Below, in pieces: positions 1 to 7,480 of a DNA stretch of 31,266 nucleotides. How positions within the stretch are numbered: the first letter of the stretch is position 1; the number at the start of each line of letters is the position of its first letter. A model generated the notes under the pieces. It saw only the letters and a list, made by a program, of their open reading frames with translations. It did not search any database and was not told where the DNA came from. The stretch lies in the IMG/VR virus record IMGVR_UViG_3300011334_000170, positions 1 through 31,266 of that record; one strand, written 5' to 3'. The position numbers were made by a program, and so were the translations under genes. This DNA is from a virus. Taxonomy: Duplodnaviria > Caudoviricetes.

Positions 1-36
1 TATTGGAACACGAGATTTTCAATAAATGAGTTATAA
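1..36 (+). CDS. 3' end of an upstream cassette gene (…YWNTRFSINEL*), truncated by the window edge
   Basis: Frame 1 is open from base 1 to TAA at 34-36. The stop overlaps the TAAC that opens the first attC-like hairpin, as in the gene ending at 596. Confidence 0.5.
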   Translation, partial: YWNTRFSINEL

Positions 37-163
37 CGGTTCTCGGCTTGCTGTCAGGGCGGGAATTATAGCACAAAACTTAAATAGGATTACTAACTTT
101 TAAATAACAACAAAATGTCAAACGAAAAACAAAAACCCGCCTTGCAGCAAACCGATGTTGTGC
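31..163 (+). mobile_element. attC-like hairpin site 1
   Basis: TTATAAC (31-37), 5-nt spacer, arm TCGGCTTGCTGTCAGGGCGGG (43-63) pairing with CCCGCCTTGCAGCAAACCGA (136-155), 1 nt, then GTT (157-159). Confidence 0.75.
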
Positions 164-309
164 GCAGTTTTTTGGAAGAAATGTCTAAAAAGCACCAATG
201 TCCAATAGACCAAGTAATGGTAGGAATAGTATTTAATGAAATGCACATTTGGAGATATAACGAAGGTGCTTATGAAAAATGGAAACAGTTAGAAATTGTG
301 TCGCTCTAA
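115..309 (+). CDS. hypothetical protein, cassette 1 (64 aa)
   Basis: ORF track. ATG lies inside the hairpin-1 loop. The body is bounded by GTTGTGCGCAGTTTT (157-171) and AAAATTGCGCACAAC (308-322), a 14/15 inverted repeat. Confidence 0.75.
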   Translation: MSNEKQKPALQQTDVVRSFLEEMSKKHQCPIDQVMVGIVFNEMHIWRYNEGAYEKWKQLEIVSL

Positions 310-315
310 AATTGC

Positions 316-440
316 GCACAACGTGTGGTGGCTTGGCGAAGTTGCCGAACACAAAACTTCATTAGAATTACAAATGTTTAAATTAAGATAAAATGTCAAT
401 AGAAAACGAAAACGGCAATTTTGCCAAACCGATGTTAGTG
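316..440 (+). mobile_element. attC-like hairpin site 2
   Basis: AAC (320-322). Arm GGCTTGGCGAAGTTGCCG (330-347) pairs with CGGCAATTTTGCCAAACC (413-430). GTT at 434-436. The loop closely resembles the site-1 loop (CACAAAACTT…ATTAC…TTTAAAT…AAAATGTCAA). Confidence 0.75.
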
Positions 441-596
441 GCTGGTGCATCTGAAAAGCCAACGATGGAGAAATATGGTTATCACTCTCAAAGTGGATTT
501 GATGACCTACCAAGTGGATGGATGTTTGAAGGTGGAGAAGAAGCGTATTATGAAGCACTAAAGGAGTGGGAAGCAGTCAACGGCACTTGCCACTAA
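393..596 (+). CDS. hypothetical protein, cassette 2 (67 aa)
   Basis: ORF track. Bounded by GTTAGTGGCTGGTGC (434-448) and GCACTTGCCACTAAC (583-597), a 13/15 inverted repeat. The stop TAA is part of TAAC. Confidence 0.75.
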   Translation: MSIENENGNFAKPMLVAGASEKPTMEKYGYHSQSGFDDLPSGWMFEGGEEAYYEALKEWEAVNGTCH

Positions 597-714
597 CGTT
601 CCCTCGCTTGGCTTAGTGCCGAGTTATTAAAACAATAATTTCTAATTAAAAAATAAAACGTGATGAAAAACGATATAAACGAAAATAAGGCATTGAGCCA
701 AACGAGTGTTACAG
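591..714 (+). mobile_element. attC-like hairpin site 3
   Basis: CACTAAC (591-597), 5-nt spacer, arm CTCGCTTGGCTTAGTGCC (603-620) pairing with GGCATTGAGCCAAACGAG (689-706), 1 nt, then GTT (708-710). Confidence 0.75.
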
Positions 715-1400
715 GAAGTGCGGTTTATAAAATACTTAACTTGTACGCTTGTTTAGGTGGCAATCGTTACAAATGGGATGAAGTAGCAAAAGAAAAAGGA
801 ATTGAAATTGAAGTAACAGCCGTTGAACTAGACCCCGAAGCAGCTAGGCTATATCAAGATCGTTTTGATAAAGACATTGTTGTTATAGGTGATGCTCATC
901 AATATTTGCTTGAACATTTTAAAGAGTTTGATTTTATATGGGCTTCACCTCCTTGCCCTAGTCATTCAAGACTTGTTCAGTCTAATAAAAACAAGGAAAA
1001 TTATGATTTGCGTTATCCAGAAATGAGCTTGTATCAAGAAGTAATATTTTTAGATAACTTTTTTAAAGGAAAATACGTAGTTGAAAATGTGATACCATAT
1101 TATGAACCATTGATACCCGCAAAAAAAAGAGGTAGGCATTTATATTGGACTAATTTTTTATTGCCAACTAATATAGGAGAACGTGAAACAATAGGTATCT
1201 CTACAGCAAAAGAAGAAGTTAAAAAACTTTGTGAGTTTCACGATTATGATTTTTATAAATACAAGGGCAAACAACCAATTAATAAAATGGCTAGAAACCT
1301 TGTTGACTACGAAGCTGGAAGAACAATTTTTGAAACTGTATTAGGAATAGAGAAAAAGTCTAATATAAACCAAGTTTCTATTTTCGATACGATTACGTAG
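660..1400 (+). CDS. C5-cytosine DNA methyltransferase, cassette 3
   Basis: Motif I variant LYACLGG, AVELD, catalytic motif IV ASPPC, motif VI VENV, and RGRH. Bounded by GTTACAGGAAGTGC (708-721) and GCATTTCCTGTAAC (1400-1413). The start may be the ATG at 663. Confidence 0.85.
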   Translation: MMKNDINENKALSQTSVTGSAVYKILNLYACLGGNRYKWDEVAKEKGIEIEVTAVELDPEAARLYQDRFDKDIVVIGDAHQYLLEHFKEFDFIWASPPCPSHSRLVQSNKNKENYDLRYPEMSLYQEVIFLDNFFKGKYVVENVIPYYEPLIPAKKRGRHLYWTNFLLPTNIGERETIGISTAKEEVKKLCEFHDYDFYKYKGKQPINKMARNLVDYEAGRTIFETVLGIEKKSNINQVSIFDTIT

Positions 1401-1478
1401 CATTTCCTGTAACTCCCTACTACACGCTATTTTTACAGACCTATCTCTCTATGTGGATGGGTATAATTTAACTAAAAA

Positions 1479-1763
1479 ATGAGAAATCCAACTAAATACT
1501 GCAATGTAAACCTTAAAAATAAAAGGCATTTATTTTTTATTTCACTACTTTATAGAGTTAATTATGTAACTAAATTTAGAGGTAAAAAGATAGCTGACAT
1601 CGACGCATTAAATTATTGGTTAGAAACAAGAACGATTTATAAAAAACCTTTAATACTATTAAAGCGTAAAGAGTTAATTGTTGCAATGAGGAAATTTGAA
1701 AGCGAGGTAGTAAAGAAGAAATATGTTGACGAATTAAAATCTTTGTTGCCACTTGCAAATTAA
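1479..1763 (+). CDS. hypothetical basic protein (94 aa)
   Basis: ORF track. ATG follows an A-rich region, and a terminator lies downstream. Confidence 0.6.
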   Translation: MRNPTKYCNVNLKNKRHLFFISLLYRVNYVTKFRGKKIADIDALNYWLETRTIYKKPLILLKRKELIVAMRKFESEVVKKKYVDELKSLLPLAN

Positions 1764-1782
1764 AAACTAATTACTATCTTTG
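1753..1782 (+). promoter_or_regulatory. Bacteroidota housekeeping-sigma promoter
   Basis: TTG (1753-1755), 19-nt spacer, TATCTTTG (1775-1782), matching the TTG-N19-TAnnTTTG consensus. Confidence 0.55.
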
Positions 1783-1797
1783 AATGTAATTTTGTTT

Positions 1798-1932
1798 TTA
1801 AGTTTGAATTAGCCGTTGAGAAATTAACGGCTTTTTTATTTCATCTTCAATCGGTGGCGTTCCGTTCCAAGTATTAACTACTATCGGAACACGAACATAG
1901 TCTTTGCCTTTTTTTATCCATTCATACTGCAT
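1798..1932 (-). CDS. small hypothetical protein (44 aa, MQYEWIKKGKDYVRVP…)
   Basis: Manual translation, below the ORF-track cut-off. Its start overlaps the end of the 57-aa ORF. Confidence 0.4.
   Translation of the reverse strand: MQYEWIKKGKDYVRVPIVVNTWNGTPPIEDEIKKPLISQRLIQT
1811..1840 (+). terminator. intrinsic terminator at the junction of converging transcription
   Basis: AGCCGTT (1811-1817) / AACGGCT (1826-1832) stem followed by TTTTTATT. Confidence 0.75.
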
Positions 1933-2095
1933 AAGCCTTGTCTATTTTATTAATTCCCTTTACACGCCAGAAACCTATGCTAAAATCACTTTTAGTAGGC
2001 TTTGAATCCTTTTGAATGTTTACTAAACTATTTTCATAGTGCCTAACCTCGATAAAGTTCGGCTGCGTTGCTCCTTTTACGTTTGATATTCTCAT
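1922..2095 (-). CDS. small hypothetical protein (57 aa, MRISNVKGATQPNF…)
   Basis: Manual translation. ATGA overlap with the spanin stop at 2092-2095. Confidence 0.55.
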   Translation of the reverse strand: MRISNVKGATQPNFIEVRHYENSLVNIQKDSKPTKSDFSIGFWRVKGINKIDKAYAV

Positions 2096-2580
2096 AATAA
2101 AGGAAATTTAAGATAGCCTTTATATCTGCGATATGCTAAATAACAAGCTAGAACAATAATCAACCACAACCACCAAGTTCCCCAGTTAAACTGCTCTTTG
2201 TAAACTATCTTACTGCTTTGCACTTTATTTACTTCTATTTCGTTTGTAAGCGAATCAACTACGATTTTAGACACACTTTTCTCATTTACAACTATTGTAT
2301 TGTCTTTTCTTTTTTTGTGGCTTATACGAGCGTTTTTATACTTTGTAACTTTGCCCTCGTTGTTAATTATTTCAATCGGTTTAGTAGTGTCGACTGGCTC
2401 GATAATTATTTCCTCTGTAGCGACATTGAATTTAATTGAAGTGCTATCTGTGGAAGTGCTATCTGTTTTTATAATTTGAGTAGCGACTGCGGTGCTATCT
2501 GTTTTCGTTTGCTCTTTGTTGAGTGTTTTCGCTCCGCATCCAATAAGCAATAGAGTGAGTAGTAGTGTAGTTAGTTTCAT
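2092..2580 (-). CDS. unimolecular spanin candidate (lipoprotein with C-terminal TM helix)
   Basis: Signal peptide with lipobox LLIG-C; Thr/Ser/Val-rich middle; C-terminal WWLWLIIVLACYLAY followed by RRYK; located in the lysis module. Confidence 0.75.
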   Translation of the reverse strand: MKLTTLLLTLLLIGCGAKTLNKEQTKTDSTAVATQIIKTDSTSTDSTSIKFNVATEEIIIEPVDTTKPIEIINNEGKVTKYKNARISHKKRKDNTIVVNEKSVSKIVVDSLTNEIEVNKVQSSKIVYKEQFNWGTWWLWLIIVLACYLAYRRYKGYLKFPLL

Positions 2581-2696
2581 TTCAATTTGCTTTTAATTAT
2601 TTTACGATATACTTCGTTAACGTTTTCTCTGCATTGTCCTCTGTTGTAGTAAAATTGCATTACTCTTTTAATCCGTTGGTATGGTGTTTGGCTCAT
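2577..2696 (-). CDS. small hypothetical protein (39 aa, MSQTPYQRIKRVMQFYYNRG…)
   Basis: Manual translation. It fills the gap exactly and has an ATGA overlap with the spanin start. Confidence 0.6.
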   Translation of the reverse strand: MSQTPYQRIKRVMQFYYNRGQCRENVNEVYRKIIKSKLK

Positions 2697-2697
2697 A

Positions 2698-3849
2698 TTA
2701 AAATAAATGTGTTAATCTACTTGTTTGTCCATGCTGAAAATCGTGTATAAAACCCTCAACCGCTTTAGGTGAATGTTGGTAACCATTCCTATGATGCCAA
2801 CTATCCGTTCCACTAGGAGAACGTAAAGCCTCAACACAAACACTCATATAATCTTTACTAATCTTATGGTGGAAATGGTGAATGTAAAAATACCTATGCT
2901 TACATTCTTGCCAGTCTTTACTTTCGTGCGCCATTAATAAAGCTAAATCGTTTTCCTTTGCTCCATCTCCGTGAGTAGTACCTATTAAATTGTTACCATA
3001 TTGGTAATACTTCCTATGTGATATTGAACAATCAAAAGTAACATTCATACAATCTTTAAAATGAGCCTCGATAACTTGTGCCAAAAAGAATCCATTTGTA
3101 TAATCGTGGTTACTAGGATTGAATACAACGTGAACATCTGCAACCGACATCATAATTTCAATAATATCTACATAAAGTTGTTTTGCTATTAGGAAATTCT
3201 CAAACCACATTCCATCAGTATCTTGAGGTGTTCCGCTTGTCGTTGTTCTTTTCGCATTATCGATATGCAAAATATCGTTTCCTATGACAAATAATATTTG
3301 TTCTATGCTATCTGTTGGCAGTTCGCTTAATAGTCCGTTACAACCATCTAAAACACGTTTAACCGCTATTTGATTATTATAATCTTCTCCGCTTTCAAAT
3401 GCGTTACATAACTTTCCTATGTGAATGTCAGCAGGAGAGAATACAAATAGTCTTTTCTTTACATTTTTAGAACGTTTAATCTGTGGATATTTCGGAGTGT
3501 AATCTTTTAAGTTATCAACTAACTTGGTTCGTAGTTCTTCTAAGTCTTTTTTATCTTGCTCAACGTAATTAGGATTTTTTACAAATAAAGAGGCTTCTTT
3601 ATTCTTTACCCAAAGATGCTTAACTGTTGTATTGTCAATATCTAGGCTATTTGTAGCGTTGTAAATACCCTCGTGATTGTCTAAAAGTCTGTTTAGGTTT
3701 CTCTCTAGATATTTACTAAAAGATTTTTTGTCTGGTCCATTTAGATTATTATCTATTCGCCTTATAATTTCAATCTTTTGTAATTTGTGTTCTGAATTAT
3801 TTACTATTTCTAGTATTTTATTGTCGTAAATACTCCATTTTGATAGCAT
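2698..3849 (-). CDS. calcineurin-like metallophosphoesterase
   Basis: Motifs in order: DIH, GND, SNHD, HGD, HHFH. Confidence 0.8.
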   Translation of the reverse strand: MLSKWSIYDNKILEIVNNSEHKLQKIEIIRRIDNNLNGPDKKSFSKYLERNLNRLLDNHEGIYNATNSLDIDNTTVKHLWVKNKEASLFVKNPNYVEQDKKDLEELRTKLVDNLKDYTPKYPQIKRSKNVKKRLFVFSPADIHIGKLCNAFESGEDYNNQIAVKRVLDGCNGLLSELPTDSIEQILFVIGNDILHIDNAKRTTTSGTPQDTDGMWFENFLIAKQLYVDIIEIMMSVADVHVVFNPSNHDYTNGFFLAQVIEAHFKDCMNVTFDCSISHRKYYQYGNNLIGTTHGDGAKENDLALLMAHESKDWQECKHRYFYIHHFHHKISKDYMSVCVEALRSPSGTDSWHHRNGYQHSPKAVEGFIHDFQHGQTSRLTHLF

Positions 3850-3868
3850 AATTTGTAGTTTAGTTAAA

Positions 3869-3900
3869 CAAATATAACCATTTATCTAAACAAAATACAA
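3869..3900 (-). promoter_or_regulatory. host-type promoter upstream of the phosphoesterase
   Basis: TATATTTG on the minus strand at 3876-3869, with TTG 21 nt upstream. Confidence 0.5.
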
Positions 3901-4332
3901 ATTCGCCTCTTTTGTTCGTCGTTTGGTCAGTCCATCAAGCACTCTGCCACCCGCTTTATTCCATTTTAAGAACTCGTTTCTAATTGTCGCATCGCTTGGA
4001 TTGATATTTACCTTTTTAAGAAGTGTGCTTTTACCTAGTGCCGTAACTCCCAAATTAAAAGCAAACGATACAAGGGCATTAAATTGATTTTGTGTAATGT
4101 TTGCCTTTACTAATTTGTCTACATCGACTGCAAATTTATCGGCAGTTTCTTTGAGCATCCATTTAGCAGTAGCCAAACTAATCGGAGCGTCTTTCATAGT
4201 TACTTTTTTACCGCTTGGATAAAATGTACTTCCGTAAGCTATAGTAGCAACGCCAGCACTACACAAATAAGGCACTAAAGATAAACCCTCAAAGCCTTGA
4301 ATCAATTTATATCCGTTCTCGTCTAGTTTCAT
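3886..4332 (-). CDS. endolysin, GH24 lysozyme
   Basis: FEG…YLCSAGVATIAYG catalytic region, QNQFNALVSFAFNLG, GLTKRR..E. Confidence 0.93.
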   Translation of the reverse strand: MKLDENGYKLIQGFEGLSLVPYLCSAGVATIAYGSTFYPSGKKVTMKDAPISLATAKWMLKETADKFAVDVDKLVKANITQNQFNALVSFAFNLGVTALGKSTLLKKVNINPSDATIRNEFLKWNKAGGRVLDGLTKRRTKEANLYFV

Positions 4333-4823
4333 TTAGCTAATTTTTTATGATTATCAAAATCTGTTTTTAGTTTTGAATATAACCCCTTTAATTGTTCGTG
4401 GTCTTTGGCTAATTCGTTGTATTTGTCGGTTAATTCTCTATGCAATTTTTCCCAGTTTTGAGATTGCTCAACTTCTTTAGCATACGCCATCTGAATAGAA
4501 TTAAATTGAACTTGCATTTCTGCTAATTGACTTCTTAATGTATCAACTTGCGTTCTAAAATATTCCTTTTCAGATTTAAACTCCGCTACAATAGCATCTT
4601 TATCCGCTTTCAATATTTCTTTATCGCTATTGGCTTGTGCTAATAAACTTTCGTATAGTTCTCGTACTTTTACGGCATAATCAATTTCAGCTACTTCTAT
4701 TTCGACATCTCCCTTTTTCAATTCTTGGTTTTTTGCTTGTTTACCACCTAAAAACCACCCAATAACTCCACTTAAACTACCGCCCCCTAGTAACGTCAGC
4801 CAATTATTGTAAATCCAATCCAT
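4329..4823 (-). CDS. holin-like protein (N-terminal TM segment plus coiled coil)
   Basis: N-terminal hydrophobic Gly-rich segment, long coiled coil, and ATGA coupling to the endolysin. Confidence 0.55.
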   Translation of the reverse strand: MDWIYNNWLTLLGGGSLSGVIGWFLGGKQAKNQELKKGDVEIEVAEIDYAVKVRELYESLLAQANSDKEILKADKDAIVAEFKSEKEYFRTQVDTLRSQLAEMQVQFNSIQMAYAKEVEQSQNWEKLHRELTDKYNELAKDHEQLKGLYSKLKTDFDNHKKLAK

Positions 4824-4824
4824 A

Positions 4825-5082
4825 CTATGTAGTCAATAAATTTTCTAATAAATCCGTTTTCTCTTGGTCGCTTAATGTTTCAACTTGTTTAGTGAGTAAA
4901 TCAATAACGATTTCGTTCACGTTTGAAGTATCATTAACCGCAATTTCATACTCAGTATCTAACAACTCACCATCGTTCTGCAAATAGGCTAAATATGCGT
5001 TGTATTGTGGTGTTCCCTCTTGCATTACAACAAGATTATTGTTAGCGTCAAAGATTTGGTATTTTGAGTTTTTATAGTACAT
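4825..5082 (-). CDS. small acidic protein after the tail fibre (possible fibre chaperone)
   Basis: ORF track; position directly after the fibre gene. Confidence 0.6.
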   Translation of the reverse strand: MYYKNSKYQIFDANNNLVVMQEGTPQYNAYLAYLQNDGELLDTEYEIAVNDTSNVNEIVIDLLTKQVETLSDQEKTDLLENLLTT

Positions 5083-5083
5083 A

Positions 5084-7480
5084 TTATTGATTTTTTACGT
5101 TACCGATTACCCCGCCATCTAAATAACTTGCTATTGCAGCAGTAGCGTTATTTGAAATCCAAGTTAATAATTGAATTACTCCCGTTGCATAATTAGGAAT
5201 ATTTGTTGTTAAAGTGTTTGTAGTTGATATACTTACGCCAGTTGCAATAGTTACACGCTCAACACTTACAATATAAGATGTCGTTGTTTGCTCGATTGTA
5301 ATGTAGTAATTATATTGCGAATCATTGCAAGGATATGAACTTCCTAAATCTATTGTTGTTGCCGTTCCGCTTGCGTCATTATGAACAACGTGCATATTAG
5401 TAGAAGTTGACAACTGACAAACTCCTACAATATCTGTTAATGTACTCGGCTCAACATTTGTAGGTGCTGCAAATTGATTGCCTTTTGAAATACCTGAAAA
5501 GAATCTTTGTCCTGACACGTTGGAATTGAATTGAATTTTACGAGTAAAAACAACTTCCAAACCCGTTAATATTAAAGCATCGTTTCTTCTAGAAAATGCA
5601 AGTATTCCAGCGGTTGCCGTTGTATTAAAAGACAACATTCCTCTTACTATTGTTCCGTTGTTAAGGTATGTAAAAGTTGAACCAGATATTCTTTCAGATG
5701 TACCAAAATTATAACCACCAGCACCTAGTGTTATTGCTGCTGGAACAAACCAAAAGTAATTATCTCGCATTATTGCCTTTTGAAGCGAATCAAAAATTAA
5801 TGTAGATGAATTTTGTTTAAGTGCTAAAGCATCAAACACCGCGTTTTGACTTGGTGCTTTATCTGTAACTGAATCAACTATTGCATTTTCAATTATTGTT
5901 TTATTTTCCCAAATATCAGTTGCAGAAGTATAGGTTAACGCTTGGTTATTTGTTGCAGTAGTTATTTTTACGTTATGTAGTTCGTCTAATTCATAACCAT
6001 TATCAACTTTAACAAAAATTGAACCTTGCGTAGCGTGTGCGCTTACTACATACCCTATAATTACCAAGTGATTAGGTGCGCTTGGTTTTGTTTTTGTAAC
6101 TCTACCAGCAACTGTTGGAGATAAATAAAGAATATCCCCATCTGCCCACGTTTCACTTTGTAAAGAACCTGTTGTATTGATATTTCTAATCAATCCGCTA
6201 GTAGTGATAAAACCCTCTTGATTGTTGTTTATTGTTTCTGTTACAAGACCAATAGTTTCAGCAGATAAATTATCACTTGTAGCTTGCGCTAAATCAACTT
6301 TTAATCTTTGCCCTTGTGCGCCAGTAACTCTAACAGCTTGATAATTGGCTTCTAATAGATTGATATTGGTAGCAGTTTTATTTACTACTCGTAAAACTTG
6401 TTCTTGACCGATTTGTAAAGTAACGTTTCCGCCTTTTAATTTTAAATCTAAAGTTCCATCTGTATCGTTCCAAACCATTGCACCCGCATTCGTTGGAATA
6501 TTAGTAGGTGTATTGTCAAATTCTATGTTTCCAATAATTAAACCAAACTCACCTAAATTAACATCAGCAGTAGCACCAGTATAAGGAACCGCATCGTCAA
6601 GCATTGCAAATGTTCCGCTTTTACTTGGCAGTTGTTGTTCGTATGTACCATTTACTAAATCAGTTTTAATAGATACCGAACCAGTTAAGATACCATCTGA
6701 ACCGCTTAATTCAATATATGGTTTCGCATTATTATTTGAAAGCCCAAAATAATTATAAGTTAATTGAATACTTGCGTCAACCGCTTGCATTACTATTTCT
6801 CCAAGTCTAATAGAACCATATTCTGCGTCTGTTACATCATTTAATTCAATTAATGAACCAAAACTATCAACTTGAAATGTTAATGCATCATCTCCATTTA
6901 CAACTTGAATTACAGAACTTCCAGTTGCTTTACTTACAATAATATCATTTGTAGTAGTGTTACCCTCATCTGTTACTTGTTGAAATGTCGGAACATTTGT
7001 AGCGTAAATCTCCCAAGCTGCTGCGCCTGTTGTATTGTCGGTGCAAGTATATAAAGTACCATTGTACATTTCCCAATAAGCATTTACAATAAAGTCTTTT
7101 GTATCATCGTCATTTACAGTTGGAGCAAATCTTGCGTTTTCTTTTCTTGTAATTTGTCCGCTTTGATTTCTAATATAAATATCTCCAGCTTCCCATTTCC
7201 ATTTATAACCAATAGAGCAAGTTTGTTCAATACCTCCGTTACCACCAGTACCCTCATCAGTACCTTTTGCAATATAAGAACCATTTTCAAAGTCAATCGC
7301 ATCATCATCATTTATAAGCGGATTAAAACCACCAGTATTTCTACCATTGTCTAGTGTTTGCGACCAAGTTTGAAAACCGCCGCCGCCGCTTGTTCTAGTT
7401 ACATTAACCTCGATAATATTAGGGTTAACCGTAATATCAACCGAATCAATCGTTTCGTTAATCGTTATATCTACTGCCAT
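5084..7480 (-). CDS. tail fibre / receptor-binding protein (798 aa)
   Basis: Thr/Gly/Asn-rich modular sequence with related motifs SQTLDNGRNT and QQVTDEGNTT; located between structural and lysis genes. Confidence 0.7.
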   Translation of the reverse strand: MAVDITINETIDSVDITVNPNIIEVNVTRTSGGGGFQTWSQTLDNGRNTGGFNPLINDDDAIDFENGSYIAKGTDEGTGGNGGIEQTCSIGYKWKWEAGDIYIRNQSGQITRKENARFAPTVNDDDTKDFIVNAYWEMYNGTLYTCTDNTTGAAAWEIYATNVPTFQQVTDEGNTTTNDIIVSKATGSSVIQVVNGDDALTFQVDSFGSLIELNDVTDAEYGSIRLGEIVMQAVDASIQLTYNYFGLSNNNAKPYIELSGSDGILTGSVSIKTDLVNGTYEQQLPSKSGTFAMLDDAVPYTGATADVNLGEFGLIIGNIEFDNTPTNIPTNAGAMVWNDTDGTLDLKLKGGNVTLQIGQEQVLRVVNKTATNINLLEANYQAVRVTGAQGQRLKVDLAQATSDNLSAETIGLVTETINNNQEGFITTSGLIRNINTTGSLQSETWADGDILYLSPTVAGRVTKTKPSAPNHLVIIGYVVSAHATQGSIFVKVDNGYELDELHNVKITTATNNQALTYTSATDIWENKTIIENAIVDSVTDKAPSQNAVFDALALKQNSSTLIFDSLQKAIMRDNYFWFVPAAITLGAGGYNFGTSERISGSTFTYLNNGTIVRGMLSFNTTATAGILAFSRRNDALILTGLEVVFTRKIQFNSNVSGQRFFSGISKGNQFAAPTNVEPSTLTDIVGVCQLSTSTNMHVVHNDASGTATTIDLGSSYPCNDSQYNYYITIEQTTTSYIVSVERVTIATGVSISTTNTLTTNIPNYATGVIQLLTWISNNATAAIASYLDGGVIGNVKNQ

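Noticed and set aside
289-558. 89-aa minus-strand ORF
   Set aside because: Shadow of the + strand cassette genes and hairpin 2, with no recognisable motif.
31-714. CRISPR array or simple terminators as an explanation of the repeated hairpins
   Set aside because: The repeats are ~125-nt divergent hairpins separated by whole genes. They have ~65-72-nt loops and no U-tails, and no cas genes are present.
5084-7480. Diversity-generating retroelement targeting the tail fibre
   Set aside because: No reverse transcriptase and no TR/VR repeat pair were seen in the window.
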